Shown: in pieces, positions 13,459 to 28,306 of the stretch
How positions within the stretch are numbered: position 1 is the stretch's first letter
How the letters are laid out: each line of letters opens with the position of its first letter
From: Eledone cirrhosa
Lineage: Eukaryota
NCBI GenBank assembly: GCA_964016885.1
Contig: OZ024746.1
Location: forward strand, 89,838,001-89,902,000
Reading direction: 5' to 3'
DNA: 64,000 bases
The notes under the pieces: model-generated
The model's database searches: none
The model's input: the letters and a program-made list of their open reading frames with translations, nothing else
What the model was told of the DNA's origin: nothing
Position numbers and translations under genes: made by a program

Positions 13459-14002
13459 ATATGTGTGTGTGCCGGGGGCTGAGAGTGCATGTGTACGTGT
13501 GTGTCTACATATGTGAATGTTTGTGTGCGTATATCTTTGAGAGTCCGCATGTATGTGGGCATGAGTGTGTATTTGTGTGTGTGAAAGTAGGCTTGTTATG
13601 TATACATTTATCTATTTTTTGTGTGATTTCAGTTAAAATTACTTAACCCTGTGCTTAGCTTATTGGATTATGTTCCGAAGAGAATTTATTTTAATCACTA
13701 TTTTGTTTACTTATATGTTTCGGTGACTAATCCCGACTAAGCAGCATAATGCTACAGCACATTTATACCCCCTTAAACAGTCAAATAACATAAACATTTA
13801 TAATGGTTATCAATAGATATTTTTGAATCATTTTCAGTATCCAATTATACAGGCAATTAATGTAGATAATTTCACTATTACAATAGAATTTCAATCTGTC
13901 TACAAAACGTGTTTCCAATGTTTATACTTTAGACACAATCGCACTCATTCATACATTATGGTGTGATTCTAAATATCAACCACTATATTTATTTTTAATT
14001 GT

Positions 14003-14139
14003 TTTGCATCAAAGAGTAACGGCTCTTTATGGTCTGAGTTCAAATTCCGCCGGGGTTAACTTTGCCGTTCATCCTTACTGGGTCGATAAAATAGAGCACT
14101 TGGATAATTCCTCGCATTGTGCCAAATGTAGGAATAGTT
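14003..14139 (+). mobile_element. tRNA-derived SINE (partial)
   Basis: B-box gagttcaaattcc followed by ggttaactttgcc.ttcatcctt..gggtcgataaaat. Confidence 0.8.
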
Positions 14140-16920
14140 AAAATTAATTTGTAATTTTCTAATAACTGTCCACAAGTTATATAAAATATTTACTAAGAAA
14201 ATACTATTTAAAAAAAAAAAAAGATTTAGAATCATCTAGCTTGGCTTCTTTATGTCTCTCATTATTTTCGGTTAAAATCTAATCGCACAACCTGCCGCGT
14301 CTCCGCTAAAAAAAGAACACTTACTCATACATCCGCGCATCACACACTCGACCTCCAGTCCACACACGCCTAATTATAACCAAACGTATACAGCGCCATA
14401 TTCAAACACTCAATAAGATGTTTTGACAAATTAGTGTATTAATGTATTTTTACATTTACTCCATTAATCTTTTATTTTATTAGGATTCACTGTCCTGGTG
14501 TCGTTTAAATAAACTACATTACTGTGTTGATTTTTTTAAAATTGTCAAAAGCTAATAAATTTCAATTTCTCAAAATTCATCGTATGAAAGTGTTTTAGAA
14601 CTAATGTGTTTCTAAAATGTACTGTACAAACAGGATTTTTAAAAGAAACAATATAATGCTGTTTTTTTAAACTTGAGCGCGCTAACATTATATAAGTTTT
14701 GAATTTAATTTGAGTGGAATAAATTTGTATGATGTATCTTATAAATTGTATCAAGTAACTTATTATAATTTGTATGAAGTAATTTATTATTTCAAAAACG
14801 GTACAACTCAATAACGCTTCAACATTAAGGAGGGCTCGGGTAATGCTGCAGACAATTCTTTGGTGGTGTGTGATAGCACATCGGCAGGCCACTGCGTGGA
14901 CCCAGACGTCAGTATTGAGAAACTGTGAAAAAGCAGGATTTTGATATTAAAAATATGCTTTGTATATGCCTCCGGCATATACAAAGAAATGTAAACAAAC
15001 GAAAATAAATTAACTGAAATGAATAAAATAAAGTAAGTCAACCGATATATATAAACACAACACCTAACTTAGAACACAACACCTAACTTAGAAGGCCACT
15101 TGATTCAATATATAATTGTTTGCGCCCTTACGCACACACATGTATGCATGCGTGTTTGTGTCATCGCGTAATAACATATATTCATCTAAGCAGATTTAAA
15201 GGTAAATGACCTCTCCAGGCATATTTTTTAAAACAAGAGGTTGCGAAAAAATATGACCACTTCCGGCCAGCATGGTATAGCAAACCGCTCCGGACACTGG
15301 AATAGTTCATTTATTTTCCTTGTAAGAATAGATAATGATATTGAAATATCAGGATATCTGAATAAATGAAGATAGAAAAAAAACACTCGTTACTTTTTGA
15401 TTAATAATTTTGTGTCAAATCCGCATTTTTGTGTCTTTGAAACTTCGAATTTTTTTATACAATATGCAATGTCTCAAGTAAACCACAAATTCCTTCGTAC
15501 ATATAGATCGTAAAAGTGATAATAAAGTCAAAAGCTACATCCAAAGCAGGATAGTCTCAAAAAAGAATCTGTTCGTCAGGAGCCAGCAAATCATGACCAT
15601 TTGAGTTATTTCTGCTTAGTTCGTATGACTTGGACAGCACAATAGACCTACTAGGATCGTAAGACACTCAAAGATCATCAAGGAGAGGAGTTTGAAGGCA
15701 GTTAATGCACTTTATCTCAATTCCTCAAAGAAGATGTTCTTGATTGAACTCATCGTTTCATACGAAATTAGATTAAAATAAGCACACGTGTTTAAAACCG
15801 TAAAATACAACAGTTTGTTCAGTAGTCTGGGAGAAGATAAAGTTACGGGTCAAAGTTCCCTCATTGGAAGCTGGAGCCATAATTTACAATCAAATGTTCC
15901 TACAATCTCATGAAATAACTCTCAATATTTAGAACGAACAGGACCAACTCGTTACATGCAATATCCAAGATAGAAGAGAGAAGTTCCAGCTGGATTTGGT
16001 CAAAGAGGAACAGAAACAACCTACATATCATTTGCGGGGGTTATGTTGGTACGTTAAGCGAAGTAATGCTGAATGAGTAGTGGCTACATCATTGATGGCG
16101 GCGTTGGCACTTGAAATCTCAACGCGACTATGAAAACGGGGACACAGAGAGAAAAGATCATAAGAAGAATTTAAATGAAATTATTTATACAAAACTTTCA
16201 GAGGCAACATTTCGACTGCATGATATCGATTCATTTAAGAACCAATAATGTTCAGGATAATTGTTTTTGTATTGGCTTTTTTTGTACTGGCTTTTAGAAT
16301 TACCATTTGGCAGTAATACTCTATATAAGGACAAGTCGTAGATTTATACAGAAAATAGACACTTTCAGGCGTGAAATATTTTCTGGCACTACTGTACGAA
16401 AATATACTCTGGCAGTAGACATTGCAATCAACGTGATATAATCATTGCAGCTCAAATCAATTGACAATAGATGGTGTAAAATGTTTTTTTCCCTTGGAGC
16501 ATACCGCCAGTCTTTCTTTATGCTGATTAAAAGATACCAATATAGAATTAGATGCATTAAATATAATAAACCGTATACTGCCACGCTATTCTATAACAGA
16601 TCGAAGGTCATATTCAAGATCAGCTGCAAATTAACCGCTATCAACCATAGCAGTATTATTATTAAGACAGACACAAAGATTTATGACGTCTACATAGAAA
16701 ACTAGCGGAGATAATATGACCTTGACAAGTTCATAAGTGTGTGTGTATGTGTGTGTGTGTGTGTGAGTATCGGGATGGGTTAATTACCCTGAGGAATTAC
16801 ACATATTCAAATGATGTTCATAATGTAATCATAAGTATGAGAGCAAACCCGCTGTCTTGTACACTTGCACACACATACATTCGACAAAACACCCAAATAT
16901 ACAATATATATACGTGACGT

Positions 16921-16990
<70 letters not shown>

Positions 16991-17229
16991 GATTTACAAT
17001 AGGAATACAACTGTATTGTTATTGTTTTCAACCAGTAGATAATTGAATTCATAGTAACTATTAACCGATGCAAGAGGAAATGTAACTACACTGACTAGAG
17101 ACATTGTTTACAAGATGAAACGATTATAAGTGCCAAATTCGAGAGCAAAAAATATATATATTTTTTAAGTTAAATATACAAACGATATTATTGATTATAC
17201 CTTTTTTTCACAAGACGAAAACCGTTTAT

Positions 17230-19504
17230 AATAATCATGAAAGGTGCTATGCAGAATCAGAATCAGTGAGTGCAACAAAAACAGGAGCCTATCCAAATGC
17301 ATAATAGGCAGCATGGATGTGGTGTCACTGTACCCATCGATTAACATTGATTTTGCTGTGAAAAGATGTGTTGAGATGATCATTGAGAGTGAGGGGGAGT
17401 TCTGCGACGTCGACACAGACGAACTGGGCCTCCTACTTAGACTTACCTACGACACTGACTACCTAGACAGCCATGACCTTAGATGTTTCTGCCCTAGTAG
17501 ACCTATAAGAGGTAGACCCCCCCACCATAACCTCAATGGCTAAAAAGACTCCCATAGGAAGGTGGATTGGGTGGACCAAAGCTATACGGACCCCCCAAAA
17601 CACTGATCAGGTAAGAAAAATGGTCGCACATGCAATAGGGGCTAGTATCAAAACTACCCTAAAGGGCCACATATTTAAGTTCAATGAGAAAATCTACACC
17701 CAAAATGAGGGAGCAGCCATCGGCGTCAGCATAGCTGGTGATGTTGCCAAACTTTTCATGGTATGGTGGGAAAGGAGACTTAAAGATCTCCTTAATGAAA
17801 GCTCCCTAGACCTCATCATGTACTCTCGTTATGTAGACGATATCAATATAGTTATAAGAACACCCCCACTAGAGAGCACTAACAAGTTTGATTTAGAACG
17901 GAGCACGATGGAAAGCATCCAGCAGATAGCTAATTCCATACACCAGAGTATAACTGTAACTATCGACTTCCCTTCCAAACACCCTAACAATAGACTACCT
18001 GTATTAGACACAGAACTCTGGATTAACACAATAGACGAGAGAGCCCAAATTCTCCACTCACACTATGCTAAACCCATGGCCTCCAAATACCTGATACTCA
18101 AAACTCAGCAATGTCCAGTAGTGCTAAGTTTAATATTCTGATCGCAGATTTGGTACGAGTGATGAAGAATGTGTCCAGCATGTGCGACCCAACAGAAATG
18201 GAAAGACACATCGAACACTTCATCAACCGCATGCAGTTCTCTGGCTACAACCAAAGAGACAGAGTCAGAGTATACGAAGGAGCCATGGAAAAGTATAAGA
18301 ACTTCATAGAACTGGACATGAAAGGAATTTGCCCACTATACAGGAGCAAATCATGGAATAGCTTAGATAGGCCTTGACATAAGATAGGGAAGGCCACATC
18401 ATGGTACGACAACCAGAGATATCAGAGTGTCATGTTTGTGGACGCCACCCCTGGAGGGAAATTAGCTAACCAGTGTAGAAAGGCCCTGAGAAAGACCCAC
18501 TTAAAAATAAAGGTGGTAGAAAAGCCAGGAACCACCATAAAATCCCTGATCAGCAAAACCTACCCTTTTAAGAAAACCCACTGTACCAATAGGAAATGTA
18601 TCATATGTAAGGTGAACCCCGGATAAACTGTAAAACTAGAAACGTAGTCTATAGCATAAGATGTACAGAGGGTACTTGCAGAAACATGACAACAACATAC
18701 ATAGGTGAGACAGCTCGTAGCATAGGTGAAAGGACAGACCAACACTGGGGGGAACTAAAAGGACGAAAAAACGGGTCAGTACTATACGAACATGCTAGAC
18801 AACAACATGATGGTAACATAGACAACATAGAAATTAGAATAATATCTAAACATAGGAATGACCCAGCAGATAGGCAAATCAGAGAGGCCAGTGAAATAGA
18901 AATTAGAAGACCAAAGCTAAACAGAAAGAATGAGTGGAACAACAACAACACCCAAACAGACAACACTGACCTAAGAGAAGTATAAATAAGTAATTAAAAT
19001 AAAATAAAATAAGATAAATAAATACATACAGAAGCACAATAACAACAAGCACATAAACACACACTAGTCACCCAGAAGACACAACACTATACACACTAGT
19101 CACACAGCACACATACCACTATACACACACGCAAACGCATGCGCAAAGAAGACAAAATAAAATAAGATAAACAAACAAGCAAATAAATAAATAAATATAT
19201 AGACAGACTGAATAAAAAAATGCCGTAGACATACAACACAACAGGAGGAACAAAGAATATAACACCACTGACGATGTTGCAGATGTGCAACGAAAGATTT
19301 ATGTAAATTATGTAAACTATATATATGTGTTTGTGTCTATATTGTATCTGTATCATTTTTGACCGTCGGTCAGTCAATGGCAACATTGAGGACCGAGTAA
19401 GTTAGATCGCAGATATAAAAGACAGCGAGAAGCGAAAACCAACCAAACAGTGAGTGTGTTCTGTTATTAATTCTGGCAATATTACGCAAATATGACCCTC
19501 CCCT
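17230..19504 (+). mobile_element. Penelope-like element family A, copy 2 (RT + GIY-YIG pseudo-ORF, Neptune-like Cx4Cx2C linker, 3' pLTR)
   Basis: DVVSLYPSI, YTQNEGAAIG, RYVDD, HCTNRKCIIC, YIGETARS, HARQQH, RPKLN; several frameshifts; ends tatgaccctcccc + (TA)n. Confidence 0.92.
19264..19305 (+). ncRNA. Hammerhead ribozyme motif in family A pLTR
   Basis: CTGACGA-t-GTTGCA-gatg-TGCAAC-GAAA-GATTTA; perfect 6-bp stem II, weak stem I. Confidence 0.6.
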
Positions 19505-19977
19505 ATATATATATATATATATATATAACAGTAAGCAAGACGAATACACGCACACACACACATATATATATATATGCGTGTCTGTTCTGATCACGAGGGA
19601 CACACACCGGCATGGTAAAGTAAATACTGACTAATTATAGTATGGTTCACACAACTCAATTTAAAGGATACATCAAGATATACAGACCTACTATGATAAC
19701 TATCATCACCCAGACAGGGTAGAACTGCTTCGCAATTCAGTGAAGAGAGTTACCGGTTTGATGCTTTTCAATGGATGTTCAAAACCAGTAAACGCTTCAC
19801 TACTAAACCTCCCAGAAGACTAACTAACGCATATGTGTTAAGAGATGAAACACACATGGTTATCGCGTGCCAGGAGGGTCAAATAGGACATACGGCTGCT
19901 AAAAAAATAGCACCCAGAAGCATTCGATATATTAAAATCTCAAGAATAACATAGGGGCTCGATTTATCAAAATTTAT

Positions 19978-20040
<63 letters not shown>

Positions 20041-20054
20041 GGTGCGTGTGCGTT

Positions 20055-20103
<49 letters not shown>

Positions 20104-21168
20104 ACGTATAGGGAGACAATATCTCGAGTAAATTAGTTAACACATATTGTGATTAAGTCCGTTACACTGTAACAAAATATATATTGTATGAGAAAAGAAT
20201 TCGTAACTTAATTAATATGATATATTTATTGTTCACGTATGTATTCTCATGTAACGTTTTGTTACTGTACTCATGTTGTCTATCCCTTTTGAAATAATCT
20301 CATGAGCATTTCTCCCAAGTTCGTTTCGTTTCTCAAATTTGTTTCAGGATTTTACCCTTGTCAAACACATATTTTTGTAAACTTTCAATTTCTATGTTCA
20401 AATTTTCTTCTGATTTATCAAACATTTCCCACAAATTTGGCCGTGCAAATATGGGCTCTCGGCATTCCCTCTGCGACATAACGTTTGACAAATATTTTAT
20501 AGCTTCCTTGTCTTCCTGTCAATTCCTTCTAATTCCTCTTTCTAAAATATAATGTTTGCTTCATAATTAGGCCCGTATTGTGTTTTGATTTCAATACACT
20601 ACGCACTCATTTTATTACACTTACCTAAATAAAATTATCCTATTTTTATGATTGATCTTAACTGTTTATCCCTATCAATTTTCTATATCTGTTGACATTT
20701 CTGTACGATTATTCCCCTGCTGTGGAGTGGCAGTATCTATAAAGAACCGTACAACATCCTTTGCTGCATACATCTCCTGTTACTTATGTTAGCATTGCCT
20801 CTCATCTCTACGAGTTCGATAAAATAAAGTGCCAGTTACGAACTCGGGTCGACATAAACGGTGTTTTTCTCCCTTTCAAATAGCTGCCTTTTGAATACCA
20901 AATTTCATTCCAATATCCAGACAAATACGTGACCTGTATTGATAAATGGCACCAGCTATTTTTCCTTCCCTATAAAGCAGGTGATTTATGGTGATCTTCC
21001 TCTCTTTCCTAAATCACAACTTGCTTTACTTTTATTAAAAATCATGGTCATTGGTAACAATGCATTCACAAAAATACAGCTGCAATATTCTGTATCTGAA
21101 AAAGAATACCTCCTTATATTGCCACCTCTCCCAACCTTCTATCACCAGTTTTTGTTTTTGTTGTTGTT

Positions 21169-21358
21169 TCTTCTTCTTCTTCTTCTTCTTCTTCTTCTTC
21201 TTCTTCTTCTTCTTCTTCTTCTTCTTCTTCTTCTTCTTCTTCTTCTTCTTCTTCTTCTTCTTCTTCTTCTTCTTCTTCTTCTTCTTCTTCTTCTTCTTCT
21301 TCTTCTTCTTCTTCTTCTTCTTCTTCTTCTTCTTCTTCTTCTTCTTCTTCTTCTTCTT
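21169..21358. repeat. (CTT)n trinucleotide microsatellite, about 63 units
   Basis: Direct reading. Confidence 0.98.
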
Positions 21359-22027
21359 GAACCTAGATATACAACAAACATTTTTTCGAACTATACAGAA
21401 CTGTTGGAAACTTTTCAGACTACGTTTGTTATCTTTTGTTATTTACAAGCAACTACCCACCTAGCCAAACTTACATACGTTTGCAACTATTATCTTTGAT
21501 GTCAGCCTTCTACATATATACCAAATGTGTTATTTAATGGCAATAAAATCATTCCAAGCCTCTAAGGAATAGATGCATTAATTATATAGCTAGCAGTGAA
21601 ACGGAATTACAACAAAAACATTATCATAGATTAGAACAATTCAATTATTCTCTGCGTATTCATGGAAATCAATTGCCAGTAAATAAAGATATATTTTATA
21701 TAGGTAGGTATTATATAAAACAATACCTGGATAATTAACTAACTGACAAACTGATACTAAATTACTATCTGACGTAGATGAGTAATATTCTAGGTAGGTA
21801 AAAAATATATGAATATAATTAAGTAAGGAATAGAAAAAAAATCTCATTTAATAAACTTTCCGAACTTGGACAACTTATTTGTTCCGGAGAGTTTGAGTAA
21901 CAACTACACGTTAGGAGAACTGTATTGGAAAGATAGATGCACAATCACACGACGTGCATACATGCACACACAAGATCAGAGACAATCAATCATCTCACCA
22001 CACACATACAAACATTCGTATGCATAC

Positions 22028-22069
<42 letters not shown>

Positions 22070-22114
22070 TCACGCACACACACATATATATATATATATA
22101 TATACATACACACT

Positions 22115-22189
<75 letters not shown>

Positions 22190-22499
22190 TATGTATACGT
22201 ACATACATATATGTATGCAGACGTACAGTAGTATGTAGGTATATATACATACATGCACACATATATATATGTACGTATGGATTCACCGAACATTTATTAT
22301 AATGCACGGTGTGTTTGTAAACAAACATCCCGTATTAAGCCGTAGTGTCTAGCAACTATCGTTGCTCGTTTGTTCAACACTGACAAAGGAACGCTGTACC
22401 AGTTTCAAGCTTATTAGCTATCGTCAGCAACGTATACCTTCCTGCCAGTTGATTGAACGTCTGAAAGTATATACTTTCCTTATGCATATTAAGGGCTGA

Positions 22500-24060
22500 G
22501 TAGCCCAATTTGCATATCGAGTGGGTTAATTCACCATATTAAACTTAACACTAGAACTAGAAATACCTTAGCATATAGCCAGATTCGCCTGAATTTTAGC
22601 AGTTACAGCACTTAAACATGGACATTCAATGGTGGCAGCGGCCTGCTCCCCATTCCAAGTAGCAAACTAAAAATCAACCCTAGAATAGGAATGAGCAATG
22701 GGATGACAAATAACAAATGCCCAGGTAATAATAATCCTAGGAAGGCCCCTACCAACTCCACTAGAACTCCTAGAAATATAACCTGGCTTAACCCCCCATT
22801 CTCATATAATCTAGCCACTAATATCCCTAAACGCTTCTTCTCTATTCTATCTAAACACCCCCCCCCCCCCATAGATATTACAAACTCTTTAATAAAAATA
22901 ACATTAAAATATCATTCTCCACAACCCCTAACCTAGCTACCCACATCGCATTCAGTAACCATCATAAACTAATACAGTATAACTCCCACACTGCGGTACC
23001 ACCACCCCTTTCAAATACACCACGCCACTACACCAATAGTAGCACACCTCCTCTATCTAATCCTTCTAACACTGACCAACCGCTTAGGTTAAACGATCCT
23101 ACTCTCACTAACCGCAGAAGCAACTGCAACTGCCGTTACCGTAATGCATGCCCACTAAATGGACACTGCCTGACACCCAACATAGTCTATAGGTGCACGG
23201 TTAAAACTGCTTTGAATACCATTCCTATATCGGGTCTACCTCTAACGCCTTTAAGGTACGCTATAACGCGCACTCTTTTTCCTTCCGAGATCCTAACAAC
23301 AGATGTTCGACATCTCTAGCTAGTCTAATTAAAAACCTTAAATTAACCAACATTGAACCTCACTAACATGGGATATCGTAGCTAGGGCCCAACCGTTCAA
23401 TGGACGAAGAAAATCTTCTGATCTCTGTATTACCGAAGCATATTACATAACTCTATCACGACCTCTACCGATTAACGATAGAACGGATGTAACTATTAGC
23501 TGTCAACATCGAAGGGCTAATTCCTTCGCCAACAGAACATTTGACCCAACATAGTCATCTAGCCCCATTTTTACTTCTAGCTAATAGGTTAAATAGCTAT
23601 AACTAACTTAGATAATTATAAAGTACCTCCCCTACATTGTAGTTCATTTAAAACATTTATAAAATTAGCACTTAACTATAAACTATCCACAATTTCTAAT
23701 CTCTCAAGGAGTTACTTCCCCTGAAACCACCCTCTAATTAGTAAGGTAAATATGGCCATTGGCGGCCATCATGTTACGCATAGGCAGATTTCACACAATG
23801 CAGCCTCGACAGAAGAATACTGCTTGATTATGGCAGACAATTGATGCACCCAGGACACCAGAGTGAAATACCAATATATGGAACAGTACATTATGTAACA
23901 TTATTTCCTTATTTTAATTTATATTCCTTTGAAGTTCCGATGAACCGCTCTATCTTTAATTATGTTAATTATTTTCAACTGAACCAGATCAATAATGATA
24001 TATAGTCATTTGTTCCAGAAATATTATATGCAGTAGCGAAACAATTCCAAACGGACATTA
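22500..24060 (+). mobile_element. PLE remnant (Naiad-like linker + GIY-YIG), frameshifted
   Basis: RNITWLNPPFSYNLATNIPKRFF; CNCRYRNACPLNGHCLTPNIVY; YIGSTSNAFKVRYNAH; WDIV; SCQHRR; stop near 23553; boundaries approximate. Confidence 0.85.
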
Positions 24061-24347
24061 TTATTATTAATATTATTATTATTATTCTGTACATTCCTTA
24101 CATCATGCTAACATATGTTGACAATCTTTTAATAATGTCTTCCTTGTGAAATTTGTGATCTTGTTTTGCTTAACTAATGAATATTTCCAGCGCTGCGCGC
24201 CTAACTTCTACATGAACCCAGCCACTTAGCTGCTTTCCACTGTATATTGCACATTGAGCACATGCCTTTACGCTTTGGCTTCTAACTAATTCACCAATCT
24301 CTCCTCTCCCATCTCAATCTCTCTCTTTAAGATTGGTTACTGATGAA

Positions 24348-24456
<109 letters not shown>

Positions 24457-24526
24457 ATCTCTCTCTTTAAGTTTGGTTACTCTTGAACTGTATATATATA
24501 TAAATATATATATATATATGTATATC

Positions 24527-24581
24527 TGTTAGAACACGAAAAGTGTGAAACAACAGAATGTTCACTTTTCGTGTTCTAACA
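24527..24581. repeat. Perfect 19-bp hairpin
   Basis: tgttagaacacgaaaagtg ... cacttttcgtgttctaaca. Confidence 0.9.
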
Positions 24582-24675
24582 TATATGCCTAGCTTCTTCA
24601 TAAATTTTTCGGGGATAGCCGTGGTGGTGGTGATCGTATGTCATTGGCTAATTTTCAACCAATCAGAGTAAGTGT

Positions 24676-24709
<34 letters not shown>

Positions 24710-25614
24710 TATTCCCCCTCTCTCTATATATATCTTACGCTTTCGCTTTACACTCCTCCCCTTCAATAACACATTTCCCCCTCTCTATATATCTCTTCCA
24801 CTGTTACTTACGCCTGTTTCTCTCTATCTGTTCCGTCTCTATATATATCTCTCTTACTCTTTGCACTCCTCCCCTTCAATACCATCTCTCACCCTCTCTA
24901 TATATTTGTTACTCTATCGCTGCACGCTCCTCTCCTTCAATATATCAATTACACACGCTTTACACTCCTTTATCCCCAGCGCCCCTATATATATACACCC
25001 CCCCTCCCGCATCTATATTTTAATGTTCCGTTGCACCGTGAATATATGTGTCTATATATATATATACATATATATTGTATATACACATTCATGTATGTGT
25101 ATACACACTCATGTATGTATATACACTGGTTTTATGTGTGTATTGTAAATTTGTACTGTTAAAACACGAAACTAACATTCGATTGACACTTTGATTACCT
25201 GTACAGGCAATAGTTATTAGAATGCTGTTGAAGTGTGTATATATTTTGGGGGGACATCCTGTATATACACACATTATATATAATACAATAAACAGATAAA
25301 TACACACATATATATATGAGCTTATTTAATTATAAATATTGTGAATTTTTAACTCAGTTCAATTATATATATAAATGGCTTCTACAGGACTAGAACTGTT
25401 TCATTCGAAAGAAATCATCATAATATTGAGAGGGGGGACTAGATAAAATATTTCAAATCAAATGTGTATAAGTTATAAGTTAAAATGTATAAATCGAGAC
25501 GATAGTGGAGGTATATCTGTTTAGTGGAACAGTAGACGATAGAATTAAATACAGACGAGAATCTCCCTTTAATGAAACAGCAGACGATAGAATTAAGGCA
25601 ATTTAAATTTTAAG

Positions 25615-25668
25615 CATTTGCATTTCATCGTTACGGGGTCGATAAAATAAAGTACCAGTAATACACTG
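25615..25668 (+). mobile_element. SINE fragment
   Basis: ggggtcgataaaataaagtaccagtaatacactg. Confidence 0.7.
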
Positions 25669-26029
25669 TCACTATAAGTAGACGACTTTCAAATTGAATT
25701 GTTGGTTCCATTTCTTTAGTATTTTCAATTGTAGTTATCTACTTAAAAAGCGTTACACGGTTAGAGACATAATTGGTAAGTTATATCTTCCCTATTAAAC
25801 CATTGCATTATTTCGCCTACAATAGAACAAAAATGAAATGTTCTTTAAAGAAACAGGAATATAACTTTATAAAAAAAAAGTTGCATCCGCTTCTTTTATC
25901 ATTGATAATTTTTTCGTTTTAATATTAATTTTTTTTTGTAGTTGTTTATATTAAAAATCTTACTGTAATATTTACTTAAACGAAGGCAGACATCTAAACT
26001 TATAGATTAATCTTGAGCGAAGGACTAGA

Positions 26030-26124
<95 letters not shown>

Positions 26125-26171
26125 GAAGAATGATAAAATTTCAAGCAAAGAGTTTAATTAGGTAATGACTT

Positions 26172-26283
26172 ACAAATTTGTTTCAGTATATAGACAAAGC
26201 CTGAAGCGCTAATTATAATAATTAGTTAATAATATTACAAAATATATTAATATTATATTAAATATATACTGAAACAAATTTGT
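26172..26283. repeat. 21-bp perfect inverted repeat with 70-bp AT-rich spacer (mini-MITE-like)
   Basis: acaaatttgtttcagtatata / tatatactgaaacaaatttgt. Confidence 0.75.
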
Positions 26284-26623
26284 TTAGCAGAAAGTTTCCA
26301 GACAAGAAACACGCATATTTTGCTATCCTCAAACACGTTTACACATGGCATGAAATATAACTAATCCGAGATGGCTAGGTTTCATCTTCTAACTGGATAA
26401 ACGAAATCCATTATGTCTTGACAACAACATGAGGTAACATTATGTTATTCACAGACACACTTTGTACACTGTTCCATATCAGAATGTATTTCCTTCGTCA
26501 CATTCACAAACAGTATTGAAAATATGTTCTTCGGCAAATAAAAATGTTTTGTTCATAATATTTCAACTAGCGATTGCTCTACTCCACGCACGACCACCAT
26601 AAATTAATGACCAGCTCAACACA

Positions 26624-26796
26624 AGTATTGGTAGAGCGTCAGACACCATGCTTTGCAGTATTGTTATGGTCCTTTGCATTCTAAGTTCAAATCCTGCCGA
26701 GGTTAACTTCGACTTTCATACTTACTAATTCGATAAAATAAAGTACCAGTAATGGACTGCCGTAATGGATTTGTGCCGAAAAATAGAAACACTATT
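26624..26796 (+). mobile_element. tRNA-derived SINE
   Basis: agtattggtagagcgtcagacaccatgctttgc...gttcaaatcctgccgagg...tagaaac. Confidence 0.85.
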
Positions 26797-27349
26797 AATG
26801 TGCAATAAGAGCAAAATATAACGACATTGCTCAATTATTTTATCTAATGTTGTAATAACACAAGGAAATGTTGTTTGTGTATTTTTTTTTTATATTTGCT
26901 CATAGGCTTTTACAATTTCGCTCAGCCAACAACTATTAAAAAGTGAGTTGCTTAAGATAACAATTTAATCACAAATTGTTGCTATCTTTTAATACACACC
27001 AACAAGTCATCAAATTATGTACAATAAAAACAAATCTTATTAATTTGCTCAGGGAATATAAAGAAAATGTATATACACTGATAATTGCAATTGTATGTAA
27101 ATATTTTGTATTTGTATTGTTTATTTTATGTCTTCTATTATGTATAATATATTGATTTAATATTGATTGTTTTTTTGTAGTTGTTTATATTAAAAGTCTG
27201 AAAATATTTTTATACATCTTACACTAATATTTATAAGATAATTTATAATAACAATTACATAATCTAATTACATTACAACGATAATTTATTATTAATATAT
27301 ATCCTGTTTAACTAGAGTTATTACAAGCGTTGCCTTAAAAAAATATTAA

Positions 27350-28306
27350 ACTAGACATGAAAAATGCGCAAGCTCAAAAGTGCCACAGAATGTTATAATA
27401 AACCTTCAAAAGTGTGGGACTAGAGTTGTTGCTAAAACATATTGTAATCATTATATATCGTACATTCTGTGGCATCCTTTATAAAAATAGCTTAAACCAA
27501 CGAAGCCTTTATTTTTACGCTATTTCACTTAGTTAATTCTTAGAGTGTAACATATAAAAATAAATACATCTATGTTTAATGTAATAACAGCTATAAATAA
27601 TTACGTAATATTATTATCATATACTCATAGTAACAAAATAATTGTGTTGAAAATTAATATGATGCTTATATGAACGATCAAATCTATAATGATAATTTCT
27701 TAAATATACTAATAGTAAAATAATTTAGTTATCTATTGTTACATTTTCATAGAACTATAATATTAACAATCGTATTGCATTATCAAATTTTTATCACTAC
27801 AAACTTTCATATTGGAATTACCTTAAGCCACTTATTATTACTTCGCTTTCGTACTTTTACAGCTGTAGATATTGCGCTGTATCTTATATCTAATATCAAT
27901 ATCTCATGGTAATTTGCATGCAGTGTAAAATAGGTTTATTAATAACTTTAATATGAAATGTATTATACAGGGCTGCGGAGTCGGCTAAACATTGACTGGC
28001 TCCAACTCAGGATCCGATACTCCATTATTTCCTAAATTTCAGCTCCGCAGCTCTGTTATTATATTAATTAATTTATTTTATAGTTGTAAATCATATTTTT
28101 ATATGTTACACTCTAAGAATTAACTAAGTGAAATAGCGTAAAAATAAAGGCTTCGTTGGTTTAAGCTATTTTTATAAAGGATGCCACAGAATGTACGATA
28201 TATAATGATTACAATATTTTTTAGCAACAACTCTAGTCCCACACTTTTGAAGGTTTATTATAACATTCTGTGGCACTTTTGAGCTTGCGCATTTTTCATG
28301 TCTAGT
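27350..28306. repeat. 213-bp near-perfect inverted repeat (27350-27562 / 28094-28306) with 531-bp spacer
   Basis: Arms compared base by base; only one mismatch seen. Confidence 0.92.
27968..28055. mobile_element. Tiny TIR element (MITE) nested in the spacer
   Basis: Termini cagggctgcggag ... ctccgcagctctg. Confidence 0.65.

Noticed and set aside
15550-16150. Coding-like islands here and at about 8510-8650, 20280-20780, 28545-28730, 29500-29800 and 48950-49140
   Set aside because: Only faint LINE/PLE-like peptide traces with many stops; too decayed to classify and not host exons.
20939-21499. Poly-Leu, poly-Phe and poly-Arg ORFs
   Set aside because: Translation of the (CTT)n repeat.
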